Assembly: GCF_009914755.1 (NCBI RefSeq) | Contig: NC_060930.1 | Strand: one strand, 5' to 3' | Source of the DNA: the human T2T-CHM13v2.0 reference genome, Homo sapiens | DNA: 64,000 nucleotides | Part shown: positions 14,562 through 28,795 of the stretch, one piece after another | How the letters are laid out: each line of letters opens with the position of its first letter | Position numbering within the stretch: the stretch's first letter is position 1 | Notes under the pieces: generated by a model | Databases searched by the model: none | Told to the model about the DNA's origin: nothing | Seen by the model: only the letters and a program-made list of their open reading frames with translations | Translations under genes and position numbers: made by a program

Positions 14562-15789
14562 CTGAGACAAAAAAAAAAAAGTCTACATAGAATTCTGTTC
14601 AATTTAAGATGATGGAAATCATGGCAGCTGAAAGTGAAAGTTAAGTAATAAATTTGTGATAGAGAAACACCACTCCTGCACTTTATTCCTGACTGACTCG
14701 GCAATCACCTTTTCCTGAATGTTTATTTAATATTTAAGAGTTTAATTTTGATGAACTGCTTAGTGCCAGAGTCCTATCCTGCCAAGCAAGAGTTTTATAG
14801 TCTACTTGAAGGGCTGCCATGAGTGCATAAATTATACAAAATTAATAAAAACAAAATAAGAAGTTGCAAACAAAATCACCAATTATTTACATTTACAAGC
14901 GGGACAAAACTCTATATAAATAGAACCTGGCAATCTTATTCATGAGCAAGCCACAACAAACAATCTATGATTTTTTTTCAAAAAAGCAAACTAAACTTGA
15001 GTTTCAATCATCCAGAAACAGAGGGCCTCAGTGCAGATTGCAAGCAAATCAAATGGCTGAAATTTCTTTTGTGAAAGTGGTTAGTATAGATTTCCTTTAA
15101 ATTTAAAATTAATTTTCTTCCCATTTCTTAATCTTGTAATAAAGATTTACCCCCACCTGTTTCCACATCTCACTTCCTCCTTGTCTATCTCTGTATCTGT
15201 CACCCTATCCTTGAAGTTTTTGCAACTCTCTCCTTGTGATCACACAACTTATTTTAGATCTGGCCAGAGTTTCTTCATAAGCCTTCAATCTGGACTCCTA
15301 ACACCCAGAATTTAAATTCATTTTGCATCCTGGACAAAGTAGGAATGAGAGACTTGTAAAGACAGACATAACATGAAGGCAGATGCCAAACAATAGTGGC
15401 TTAAGGAAAGACAGATGTCAAGAAAGTAGGAGAGAAACGAATCAATAAATACATGAGCAGAAAGCTAGACAATCAGGGAGAATAAAGATCTTATAGAAAG
15501 GGAGACAGGACTTTGCAAGATCTAAACAAAAGGACCTCAACTAATCATGGTCTGGGTATCTGAAATTTAGCACTTACACTTTAGTTAACTTAATCACTTA
15601 TAAATAAATAGTGTAATTATTCTTCAACTCTGAGTGTACATGTCTATACCATCAGGTAGAATGGTCAAAATCATGGTTATATCAAAATTTAAGTTAAATA
15701 TGCTTTAATTTTTTAATATGCTATTAATATCAGCTTAATTATTACATAGACTGCATGTAACTTTTCATAAAGGAAAAGTAAAGAAGTAC

Positions 15790-15971
15790 TTTGGCAAGTG
15801 GGTAGTATAGGAAAAATGGTCCTTAATATAGTTTTCAAAAGCATCTCTGAATCCAATGGTTGATCCAAACAGAAGCAGATTGTCAAATGTGCCGCCAGTT
15901 GGTCTTCTAAGAGGAACCAAGCACATAAATCTCCATTTTGGCTCTCATGGGGTTCTACTATCATTTGAGCA
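15790..15971 (-). pseudogene. Candidate exon (VEPHESQNG / MEIYVLGSS)
   Basis: Possible acceptor ttacctag|. Two frames resemble CATSPERG CPVYFHSNGSEYIMAL. Boundaries are uncertain. Confidence 0.35.
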
Positions 15972-17739
15972 CTAGGTAAGCATTTCTGATGCCTACCTTG
16001 TATTTGAAAAATGAATTATACCAACAAACACGCTAAATATATTGCTTAGGGATACTCACATATGTTACAATAGTCTTTATTAAAGGAAGGAAAAGCTGAA
16101 CACAAAATTTAGGATAGAAGTTACCTCCCAGAAGGAAGGCAGTGGATTGCAATAAGGAAAAGCACAATGGTATTGATGATATTCTAGTTTTTAAATTCAG
16201 TCATGGATGTGCATTTTATTACTAGCCATCATAACTTATATCTTGCATAGTTTTATATGCAGAAAATATTACATAATAAAAATTTCAAACAAATCATACA
16301 TAAATTTTATTATTCTACCAAATCCATAGAATGACAATTCAGAAAAAAATTTAAGTTGTGAAAAATTCACATTTGAACACAATTATATAGGAAATTAGAT
16401 AAGATTTATGCCTTAAATATTTTTCTAATTGATTTGAAAGCAGAGAAGGCAACAACACTGCCAAAGAAGTCAAGCAAAGGACACCTGGCCCTTCTGTTTC
16501 TTGGCTGTTCATGAATGTAAGAATGAAAATTTTGTCTTTTCTCAAAAATAATTAATAACCAATTTTCCCAGAGGAATTATAAGTTTAAGAAGTAGGCTTG
16601 GATACATTTCAAAATGGAATGTTTTTCGTACATACTAGGATACTATGTATTTTAGTTAGGTTTATAAAAACAATCAGAAATAATAAAGATTTCTTGAATT
16701 GATGCTTTATCCACACATTTGAAATTATCTTAGGATATGGATATATAAAATAAATGAAGATTTAGCCACAATGAGGTAAATTTATAACTTCTTAAATGAC
16801 CATGTCCTGAAGATGCTGATTTATTGGTGCGTGGGTGGGATTCAGGGCTCTTGTCAGATTCAGGTGATGAAGTTAAAGTAATCTTTATCAATGTAGCAGA
16901 TTAGAGAAAAATGGAAAAATTAGTTAATACAATGTAGAATATAAGCATTATCCCAAATGGTGTTGACAAGCTGCAATGGTAGACCAAGCCAAAGAAAATA
17001 TATTTAATAGGAGTAAACTGTAGTAAAAATGTATACGTGAAAACAAATAAATACCAGTTACCAAAAGGGAATTTGGTCTCTGCATTAATAGAAATAGAGT
17101 GTTTAGAAGGAGTGAAGTGATTATTCTCGACTTTGAACTGGTCTGCTTGTACTAGGGAAATTTTGTATTCACTTTTGAGTGCCATATCTTATAGAAGATG
17201 TTGAAGAAAACAACCCGGGATAAGAAGTTTCCTCGAATCAACATACTATATGAAATAGTGGGAATCTAAGCCAAGGAAGAGAAGACATGGCAGGGAGGGG
17301 AAGATGACATCTCAATAGTGTGTACAAACACTTTATGATCCCTCATGTGAGTGAGGAAATGATTCAATTTGCACATTGTTGTTTGTGATGGTGAGGATAT
17401 GGCCAAAGAAAGGAAGAATTACCTAATAGTTATTCTTCCTTGGAGATAATTAAACTAAGGCAAAATGCTATAAAGGAGACTCAAATATTTAACATAGACT
17501 TACATTAGATTAATTTTAGGATTAATTCCAAATCTAAAGATGTGTGTGTATGTGTGTGTGTGTGTGTTTCAATTTATTTACTGTTTCCAATTAATACGTT
17601 TTTTAAGATTTAAAAAAATTATTATTTCAATAAACTTTTGACTTAAACCAGAACACAGGCAGAGCAAAAACAAGAATCAAGACAGTCTAGAGATACTGAA
17701 GTTGAGAAAAATATTAAAACAAAGAAAAATCAAATATGG

Positions 17740-18313
17740 TGACCAAGACAGCCTTAATGTTCTCCCCAGCTTAACTAACCTTTAGACAGGCTTCTTCCTG
17801 ATTCTAGGCCCTGACTTCCCTTTTCTTAGAGCATTTACTTTAGAAAACTTTCAATTGTACATTCTTTCTCTGCTTCTTTGAGATGTATATTTTCTCCCAG
17901 CCTCTTGCCAGTTTAACAACCCACTAATGTCTTTCTCAAGGACCTGGGAGCTATTCCTCTGAAAGGTAATTACCAAGAAAAATAGTGCTGCTGTCTCCCA
18001 GTCTTAGAGGTGGGGAAGGAGACTAACTTTTTTGGGCACCAATTAGCAAACACAGATGGCATAATCACAGAGAAGAACATTTGCAAATTCAGAAATAAAT
18101 AACTCAATGTGCTCAACACATCCCATTGATCGTCCTCCTCTAAACGTCCTCCAGCATTTTTCCACTAGCTCACTCCAGTATTTAAAAACTCTCCAGCTTT
18201 TAGTTTTAGTAGAATTTACTTCAAATTGGGGTCTCTCTTCCAATATTGCAATTGTCCTGAATAAAATCTTCCTTGCCTGTTTAACTTTCTGCAGTGCAAT
18301 TTTTGCTTTGACG
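17740..18313 (+). mobile_element. ERV1 solo LTR, MER39-like
   Basis: cagcttaactaacctttagacaggcttcttcctg...cttagagcatttactttagaaaactt; AATAAA near 18260. Confidence 0.65.
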
Positions 18314-18754
18314 ATGGTAGCCAGGGTAATGTCCAAGGGTAGAATGCCAGGCAAGAAACCAAAGTCTATGCACGTACTACCATCCAGCAGACATTTTTTA
18401 GTGTCTATTGGCAGTCTGCCATAGCAAGAAATATAGCATGTATAGTCTAGTAGCATAATAAGGCATTGCCACAAATGACTTTAATTCAGTTGAAAATGAG
18501 CAGTAGCTTGAGAGATCTTATTAAGTTCTATGAAAGAATAATAAAATTCTATGGTTGATTTTAGAAACCAAAGGCCCAAGAAGCGTATGTAAAACTGCAG
18601 CAAACAAGAATGAAGCAGGAAACTTTTGATATAGCTAATACAGGGGCAAGAGTCAATTACCAGGCATAAGTAGTAGCAGAGTTGTTGAGCAGATGACATA
18701 AAGTACAAGAGGTGGAAAGAATGGCAGAACTTAACTCTCCGCACCTCTTTATTA

Positions 18755-18896
18755 CTATGTGGTCACCATAGAGATCTGTGTGTGTATATATATATATATA
18801 CACACACACATATATATACACACACACACACATATATACACATATATATATGGTCTATGTGGTCACCATAGAGATAATATATATCATACACACACA

Positions 18897-18939
<43 letters not shown>

Positions 18940-18940
18940 A
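18755..18940. repeat. (TA)n/(CA)n tracts with a duplicated 21-mer
   Basis: ctatgtggtcaccatagagat at 18755 and 18855, each followed by TA/CA repeats. Confidence 0.9.
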
Positions 18941-19570
18941 TATGTTCCAAAGAGCTGGAGAACTAGGGTGATCAGTTGTCTGCTTTAATAGTATAAACAG
19001 TAACAACAACAACCAATAATAGACAGGGCCATGCCAAGTGTTTCACATACTTTACATCATTTAATTCTTCCTGAAATCAAGTGGAGAAGATACTGTTATT
19101 ATCCTTACTTGGTAAAGAAATTGAGCCTCAGAGAAGTCACACAGTCAGCAGAAGCTGAGTTGACATTTAATCTAAAGCTGATTACAAAACCCATAGTCTT
19201 ATATAATTAATCCAGTGGTCCTCAAATCTAGCTAAATATTAAAATCACCTGGAGTTCTACTGAAAACATCAATATCTGAGTCCTTTTCCTGGAGATTAAG
19301 ATTTAATTGGTTTGGTGGGTTTGGGGAGAGAGGGGAAGCAGGCATTTGTATAAAAATGTAAAAAATAAAATTAACCTTTCTCAGGGTGACTGTAATATGC
19401 AGCTAATGTTGTAAACTATTGCGCTAGGCTATTCTGTTTCTCCTCCTACCATTTGTGTGGCAGAAATAATAGCATAAATCAATACCAGCAGAGACCAAAC
19501 TGGCTTTTCACTGCTTCCTCACCTCTAATTCACCTTAGAAAATAACAGTCTGGCTTCCACACTCACCATC

Positions 19571-20156
19571 TGAGGCAGGAATTATACAGGGTGGTCGCAG
19601 AATAGAAAATTCCAGGCAGCAATTGCACATGACTAAGTGAAAGCAAACTGTTGAAACAGCTACAGAAGCTAAGGACTGATAAGACCCTGAAAAACAGGGT
19701 GTGGACTGAGCTGGCTAAGACTGACTGGACCCAACACGGCTTTGGATTTGAGCTAGGTTCCTCCTAAGACCTCATTATCTACTCATTGACAAAACTAAAT
19801 CACACACCCGCCAGTGCCACGACAGTTCCAAGAATAGCCACATGGGGTAAAATTGAGTGTCACCACAGTTCTGAGAAATCTCCATTTTTTTCCAGGAATT
19901 TCATGAAGAGTCCACCCCCTGGTTATAGAAATCCATAAATCTAGAAACCCCAAACTCTATTGCATGACTCTTTCTTGAGTACACCCATATTACCGTCTCC
20001 CGAGTATGTACTTTAGCTTTGCAATAAATCTCCATACTTCCACTATTTTCTGACTCATCCTTGAATTCTTTCTTGCAATGATGTCAAGAGACTGGACATT
20101 GGCTGTAATCGAGGTCCCACTGGCATTTGAGGACATCCCACAGCGTACCAGTATCA
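19571..20156 (+). mobile_element. ERV1 solo LTR, MER41-family-like, inserted in an L2 fragment
   Basis: TG...CA termini, 4-bp TSD CATC (19567-19570, 20157-20160), MER41-like cccgccagtgccacgacagtt motif, AATAAA at about 20023. Confidence 0.7.
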
Positions 20157-22181
20157 CATCCACTTAGACTACAACATGCTGCTAAGACTGCCAATTAGCT
20201 CCATCCTGACAAATCCACAGTCCTTTTAATATTATATCTTCCTGCATTATTTGACACTAATTAGAGAATCATTCTTGAAACTATAACTCATTTTGTAAAA
20301 TAACTTACCTATGGAACCATCCTGTGCTTCTCACTGGATTTTCTTCCTTGGCCCATCTCAGTAATTTAAGTATTTCTCAGGTTTTCCCCAGGATTCCATA
20401 TTCACCTGCTACCTTTCTCATTCAACACAATCGCATTCCTGCAGAGTTATCTCACCCACTGCACATTATCAACTACCTGCTAAGAAGAACAAACTCCACA
20501 TTCCTATCCCCAGCCAAGTCTCTGTCTTGGGCCTCAGTTCTACATATCCAGATGCCTATCCCAAATATTTCCACTTGATTCATTGTGGACCAAGGGTGCC
20601 TGGACCTTGGGAGTTAAAACCCAGGAGCCATGGGTCTTCTATTTTATGCAGGACCTGTTCTTTTATGCATTGTGTAGGGGGCATGGTGATCACTTACTCT
20701 TCAGTTCCTGAGAGTGAAATAAACCCACCATGTCTTCCAGGCACACCTCTAAAGCCTCAAGGCGTTTGTCCTGTTGATGTCAAAGCAAAAGTTTACTAAG
20801 AGTATTATTTTAATAGAATGTTAAAGAAACAGAAATTAGGAGAAGTGTATCCTGCCAGGTCCTTTGCCTGTTTCCAGGTTCTTCTATACACAATTATTCT
20901 ATTGGGACCAAAAGCAAAGGAAAAATTGCTTGCAATCATGGTTGGTTTGCTGTTTCCTTATTCTGTCTCTTTGTGCTGCTAACTATAGCTAGAATACAAT
21001 ATTCAGGATTTTTTTCCACTTCAAATATTTAAGAAATATAATTTTTTCCCAATTACTTAGTTATATATAGCTGATATATTTTTCCACTTTTTTTCTCATT
21101 TCTGAGATCACATTTTTAAAAATATGCTGACTTCAATAGAGACAAATTGTCAGTTATATGTTCCAATTTTAAGATAAATTAATGTTCATTAATTTTACTA
21201 CATAAGGTGAAAATACACTGAAAGAAATCACTATATTATTAGTTATTTAAAATTTTATAGCATTCTTAATAGTTACAATATTTGTGATGATAGTGATAAT
21301 AACAGGTAAGCTATTTTCTTTAGTGACACTTTTTTGATAATTTATATTGTCTATTACTAAAATGTTCATCTTAAAATTTTTTCTCTAATATATCAGAACA
21401 CAAAAATATTATAGCACCCCTTTGGTTACTTTTACTAGAGTTATGAATGAATAATAATTTAAAGTTATATAAATTAAGTATCTGGCTCAATAATTAAAGT
21501 CCAAATTTATCAGTTACAAACCCAGGAGGTGCATGCTCAATATTAAGTAATAATTATATGGATTACATGGATAATTATATAGATGAGTGCACCATTTCAT
21601 TTATAATAAAGTACAAGTGCTTTGCAATTTATATTAAGACAAAAATCCAATTAGGAGATTTGCAAATATAGTCATTCTATTACTGAATATGTTAACTTTA
21701 TTATATGAAAATCATTTCCTCAGTGCTAAATTATTAAATCAATTTCGGTTACAATTTCCTTTTGCTTACAAATTTATATGTATACTGTGCATACTTGACC
21801 TAATAATAGTCAACAGATTATTCCTTTTTGCTTTATGAGTTTAACATAAAATATCATTTTTACTGTGCTCTGTGTAAGACTTGCTGAAACTTTCTATGAA
21901 CACAGAGATTCTCTAAGATACTTTAATTTTTCATTTCCCATTTCAAACAAAGCTCTAAACTGGGAACTTTAAATAAGATGGTTTATAGTCTAATTTGTGA
22001 TAGAAAAATTTGAGTCAGATGAAATCTATTTATTGCCTTTTTCAATATTAATCATTTTATAGATAATTAATAGGGAAAACACTTTAGTTTCATGGGTAAT
22101 TTACTGCTAAGAATATTCAATAGGTTATTCAATTAAGTATGTAATAGGTACGTTTATACAAAATCAAGAAATGAATTTTAC

Positions 22182-22207
22182 CTGTTCTTTCAAAATGGAA
22201 GCAAACT
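22182..22207 (-). pseudogene. 26-nt exon (VCFHFERT)
   Basis: tttttaattttag|AGTTTG...GAACAG|gtaaaa. Confidence 0.6.
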
Positions 22208-23024
22208 CTAAAATTAAAAAGTCTTGTGATCAATGTGACTGACTGATGCGCTCCAGTTTATTCCTGAGTAATAGTTTTAGGAAGAAACCAGAACTACCTG
22301 TACACTATCCCTGGTCAGTCCTAGCAGTCAGGTATTTGGCCAGTGCCCACGTGGCCTTCTATGACCCACAGACAATTTCATTGACTACCAAGGAGTCTGC
22401 CAGACAGTTTTTTCCCTATAGCTTGTGGGCCACAGAAATGCCAGTGCAGACAGAAATACCCTGAACTGCCATCACAACTTCTCTTTTTGGTTATCTAGCA
22501 GGAATAATCACATGAAATTAAGTCTCCAGTCTCCACCCTTTGTCTCATATTTTCCCATCAATGCTATCCGCATTTACCAACAGTGGAGAATTTCTAGTTT
22601 GTTATAGAGTTCAAACATTAAAAACAATAAAATAATTAAATCAGTGGAATTTTAAGGGTAAAACCAATAGTATTGGTTTCCATGTGTATAGGTTAGGATT
22701 TTGCAGTCACACGCCAAGGAAATGGATTATCAGAAGATTATCCTATGGCTCTAATTAGAAGATATGAGGAGTGATATGCCTCCAGTTTGTGAGACCGAAC
22801 ACTGAGATTGATAAATTCATAGTGTTCTCTGAGGAAATAGAGGTTATTTGGAGACCTCCATCAATTTAAAAAATGGCAACAATGTGAGTGCTCTGAACTC
22901 AGTCTCTGCAGATATTCATCCTTCAGGCTAAATCCCCATTCTAGGGACATCCTCCTGGAAGTTAGGGACCAGATCCGTCTAGGTTTCTTAATGTTTCTTA
23001 CAGCACATTTCTTGTACAATGGAT

Positions 23025-23280
23025 ATAGTGTGATGTAGTGACTAAGAACACAAATAAACTTTGGAGTCAGAAAACACTGATTTGATTCTCTGTTATACCA
23101 CCTATTAGTTATGTGATACCAGGAAGTTTACTTAACTTTTATTAACATTAGGTTTTTCCTGGTTATAAAATGGAAACTATAATGCCTAATTGTAAGAGTT
23201 GTTGACAGAATCAGTTGAGAAATCCTGTGCAAATAAATTTGCATTATGCCTTGTATATAGTAAATATTGAAATAGTAGCT
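23025..23280 (+). mobile_element. MIR
   Basis: actttggagtcagaa...aggaagtttacttaactt...tataaaatgg. Confidence 0.7.
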
Positions 23281-23826
23281 AGATTACAAGCATCTTTATA
23301 TTCTTTGATTATTTCTAAACTCTTTAGAAGGTAATGGAGTAGAAAGAGAAGAGAATGAGCCCTTCTACCTTAGTGTCTTAAGTTATAGCTTCCTTTCCTC
23401 CAATGATGTGTATCTTTCTTGATTTCCTAACAACCATACTAGAGGGTCCCTCTCACTCAAAGTACATGATTTTGTAAGTTCAAAGTTTTTTTGTGTGAGA
23501 TTGTCCCTTTAATTTCCCCACACCTTTCTCTGATATCTTTTCTGTGGAATATATGGAATGGTTGAGGACAAACTTTAATCACATCTCATCTGTAAAGTTT
23601 TCTAACCCTTTCAGAAGAATTACTAGCTTCCTCTCTGGCGTTTCCACAAATAGCATAGTATTTACTTTATTATCTTTGGTTAGTTCCATATGCATCTCTT
23701 TCCCTTGATAGCATGTAAGCTTCTTGGGGGTAGAAACCATAGCTTGCTCATCCTTATCAAACTGAAAAATGTAAAAACCAGCTTTAAAATACAATGCTTT
23801 TGGAAAACAAATACTGAGAAACTTAC

Positions 23827-23860
23827 TGGTCAGCAAGGTCAGTTGCCGTTTGGAGAGCCA
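23827..23860 (-). pseudogene. 34-nt exon (MALQTATDLADQ)
   Basis: cttttccatccctag|TGGCTC...GACCA|gtaagt; near-consensus sites, phase-compatible with both neighbours. Confidence 0.65.
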
Positions 23861-24125
23861 CTAGGGATGGAAAAGTATGGTCAGATATTCTGTTCGATTT
23901 TTAATAGAAATGCCACAGTGAAAGTGACAGGCATTTAAGAGCCCTCCTGGAGCATCACATTTTGAATGCTGTTTTAGAACCCATATTTGCTCTTGATATC
24001 TTGTTGTTCAAGGACCATGCACAGCAGATTATAAAATATCAGTAAATTGTCTTTTAATTCATTGAATTCTTGAATTCAACAATCATTGCATTTTTCTTTT
24101 TTTTCTCTAGAAAATCAGTAGAAGA

Positions 24126-24737
<612 letters not shown>

Positions 24738-25049
24738 AAAAGATATCTTTAGTCTTTAAAAAATCATTAACTACTCAACACTACGACAATAATGGTATTA
24801 TGGTTTTTGTTCCACTTCTAATATTCTCAAGACACAAAAATAAGTTAATTCAAAATTCAGCTTATGGTTCTAAAATAAATGAAAGGTGAAAGCTGAGTAA
24901 TTCATGATAATTAAAGTCATGTGAGGCCAATGCCATTAGTGGCAGCAATTTGACTATTCTCACTTGGCAGGTATGGAAAAATATTACAATCCTTAATTAT
25001 CTTTTGTAAAACTTATTTTGTAAAAATTGTTGGGGATTTTGCCACTTAC

Positions 25050-25092
25050 TCTAATAAAACTGTTTACATACATAAGGATTTTTGGAGGAATG
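25050..25092 (-). pseudogene. 43-nt exon (HSSKNPYVCKQFY*)
   Basis: ctttcttttcttag|CATTCC...ATTAGA|gtaagt; near-consensus splice sites. Confidence 0.65.
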
Positions 25093-25721
25093 CTAAGAAA
25101 AGAAAGTCAAAGCAAATAAAATAACCATTTCAAAAAAGATATATCTTAGCTCTTCTGATTTAGAGAGAAAAGGTCACTCAATTACCAAACAGAGTTTCAT
25201 GTAAATTCAGAAACAATGCAATCAGACTACTAGAACAGGTTAATACTTAAACAAGTAGAAGAAGTTAGGGAAGCAACTTGCTTCTCCACCTTTTCTAAAT
25301 ACTAAAATTTAAATGAACCTACAAAACACATTCCAAATTAAAATAAAAACTGGTTTTGAATTTCTAAAAGTAAATTCTAACAACCAGTACATGAAAGGTG
25401 GAACAAAATGTATCATCCATCATTCTGAAGACTAATGACTTTTAAGTAGATGGTGATTTCTGATAAATTCTAATGGAAACAAAATTCCTGAAGTTAAATT
25501 ACCATAAATTTTACTCTACTTTAAAAGACCTAATTAAGTCTCATGTTAAAAACAGACAAAAAATTAGTTTATTTTCATTTTAATTCTGATCCTTAGGGGG
25601 AGCTGCTCAAATAGGGAGCTTGAAAGGTAACATCATTTGCTTTTCAAAGAATTCCAAAATATTCTATTTGTTGAGATATCTGGAGGAGAAACTGATACTA
25701 TTTCAGATAAAATATCCTTAC

Positions 25722-25767
25722 CTGAAATTCCAGGAATTATTTTTTTTCAAAATTATTATTATACATT
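25722..25767 (-). pseudogene. 46-nt exon (MYNNNFEKK*FLEFQ)
   Basis: Donor TTTCAG|gtaagg with a weak AAG acceptor. In register with CATSPERG MTDTSFKDFSLVEL (M, F at +5, E at +12). Confidence 0.55.
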
Positions 25768-28700
25768 CTTATTAGGGGAAATTTAAATAGACTGCATATT
25801 AAATCAAAATTTCCTATGGCATCTAAAATTTCACCATGCAGAAATATTCTAAAAAGCTTATAACATAATGCATTCCAACAACATTTTAAAAGTATAACAT
25901 TATAGAAAGTGTTCTATTTGGCAACTTAAAAAATCTATAAAAGAACAAAGACCAAGGGTAAAAAATAGAAAATAGTACCACATACGATCAAAATTAATCA
26001 AACTACATTAATATTTACTTTAAATATCAATTATCTAAATATAAATATACTAATTAAAAGACAGAGATTGCCAGAGCAGGTCAAAACGTAAGGCCCAATT
26101 ATATGTTGTTTACAAGAAATCCACTTAAATAAAAGTAAAGGGGTGGAGAAAGATATACCATGATAACACTAATCAAAGTAGAAGCAGCTGTATTAATTTC
26201 ATACGGAGCAGACTTCAGAGCAAGGAAAATTATCAGGGACAAAGATAAGCGTTACATAATGAAAAAGGGGTTAATATTCCAAAAAGACATCTTTAATGTG
26301 TATGCACCTAACAGCAGAGAATCTAAATATATGATGTAAAAACTGCAAGGAGAAATATGAATTCGTTATTATAGTTGGAGACTTTAGTAATTCTTTATCA
26401 GAAATGAACAGATCCAGCATGCAGAAAATCAGTAATGAAATAGTTGAGCTCAACAGCACCAAAATAGACCATGTTCCAGACTATAAAGTAAATCTCAACA
26501 AATTTAAAAATATAGAAATTTATAAGTGGAAGCTAAACAATGGGTACACACAGACATACAGAGGGGAATAATAGACACTGGGGCCTCCAAAATGGGGGAT
26601 GGTAAGTAGGGAGGGAGAGATGAAACATTACGTATTGGGTACAATGTTCACCATTCAGGCGATGGATACACTAAAAGCCCAGACTTCACCACTATGTAAT
26701 ATATCCATGTAACAAAAGTGCATTTGTATTCCCTGCACCTATAAAAATAAAAAAAATATAAATCATACAACATTTGCTCTCAGACCACAATGGAATTAAA
26801 CTAAAAATCAATAAAAGAAAGGTACCTGGAAAATCCCAAATACTTGGAGATTGAACAACTTACTTCTAAATAGCAAGTAGGTCAAAGATGAAATCTTAAG
26901 AGAAACTTTAAAATAATTGAACCAAACAAAAATAAAAATACAACTTGCAAAACCTTGTGGGATACAGTGAAAATAATGCTTACAGGGAAGTTGATAGCAA
27001 TGAATGCATGAATTAGGAAAGAAAAAAGATAAAATCAATAATCTAAGCTTTCTTATTAGGAAAATAGGAAAGGAAGAGCAAGTTAAATCCAAAATAAGCA
27101 GAAGGAAAAAATAATAATAATAATTAGAACAGAAATTAATGAAATTCAAAACAAGAAGTCAATAGAAAAAGTTAACAAAACAAAAAGCTGTTTTTTTAAA
27201 ATGATCAATAAGTTTTTTTCCTGTTTTATTTTTTTTTGTTTTGCCAGCATTTTTACCTTGAAAGGACCAATAAAGTTGATAAGCCTCTAGCAAGACTAGG
27301 AACAAAAGAAGACACAAATTACTGTCAGAAATGAAAAAAATGGACATCATTATAGATCCCATAGAGGTTAAAAGGATAAAAAGGAATATTATAATTCCTC
27401 CATGCCCACAAATTAAATAATCTAGATGAAATGAACCAATTCCTTGAAACATAGATTCTAACAAAACTCACATAAGAAAAAACAGACAACCTGAATAGGG
27501 CTCTATCTAGTAAAGAAACTGAATCAATAATTAACAACTCTCCAAAACAGAAAGCACCAGGCCCAAATGGGTTCACTGGTTAATTCTACCAAACATCTAA
27601 AAAAGAGATTATACCAATTTTCTACAACCTCTTCTAGAAGAGAAAAGTAGAGGTAATATTTCCTAATTCACTCCATCAGGCCAGCATTACCCTAATACCA
27701 AAAAGCAGACAAGGGCATTACAAGGAAAGAAAGCTATAGCTCAATATCTTTCATGAACATAGATGCAAAAATCCTCAAGAAAATATCAAATTGAATCTAA
27801 CAATGTGTACAATGAATTATACACCCCAACCAAGTGAAATTTATCCCAAGTATTCAAGGTGGATTCAACATTTGACAATAAAATCCATCATATCAATAAA
27901 CTAAAGAAGAAAAATCACATGATCATAACAATAGATGCCGAAAAAGTATTTGACAAAATCCAACACCCATTTATGATTAAAAAAAAAAGAAAAAACTCTC
28001 AGTAAACTAGGACTAGAAGGAACTTCCTTAGCTTGGTAAAGAACGTCTACAAAAACCCTATAGCAAAAATCATACTTAATGGTGAGAAACTCAGAGCTTT
28101 CCCACTAAATTCAGAAACAAGGCAAGGATGTCCCCTCTTACCACTGCTCTCAACATTGGACTGGAAGTCCTAGTTAATGCAATAAGAAAAGGAAATTAAA
28201 AATATACAGATTAGGAAGGAAGAAATAAAACCGTCTTTGTTCACAGATCATCTGAGTATTGATGTAGAAAATCAGAAAATGTCAATAACATCAAAAAACA
28301 CCTGGAACTAATAAGCAATTATAGCAATGTTGCAAGACACAAGCTTAATATACAAAAGTCAATTATTTTCCAAAATAAGAGCAATGAACAAATGGTATCT
28401 GAAATTAAAAACAGATTACCATTTACATTATCACCCCCAAAAATGAAATCATTATAAATCTAGTCAAAGAACTAATACTACCTGACTTCAAGAGTTACTA
28501 TAAACCTACAGTAATCAAGATTGTGTGTTATTGGTAAAAGACCTGCAGATTAACAGAACAAAATAGCCCCAAAATACATCCGCACATATATAGTCAACTG
28601 ATCTTTGACCAGAAGCCAAAGCAATACAAAACAGAAAAGACAAATTATGCTGGAACAACTGGAGATCCACATGCAAAACAACAACAACAAAAAGAACCTA

Positions 28701-28795
28701 GAAACAGATCTTATACTCTTTACAAAAATTGACGCAAAATGTATCATAGGCCTAAATGTAAAACACAAAACTGCTAGAAAATAACATAAGAGACA

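Noticed and set aside
15842-15975. Plus-strand exon with ABCA-like FWLSWG motif
   Set aside because: All three frames contain stops and no other ABCA features are present; a minus-strand reading fits better.
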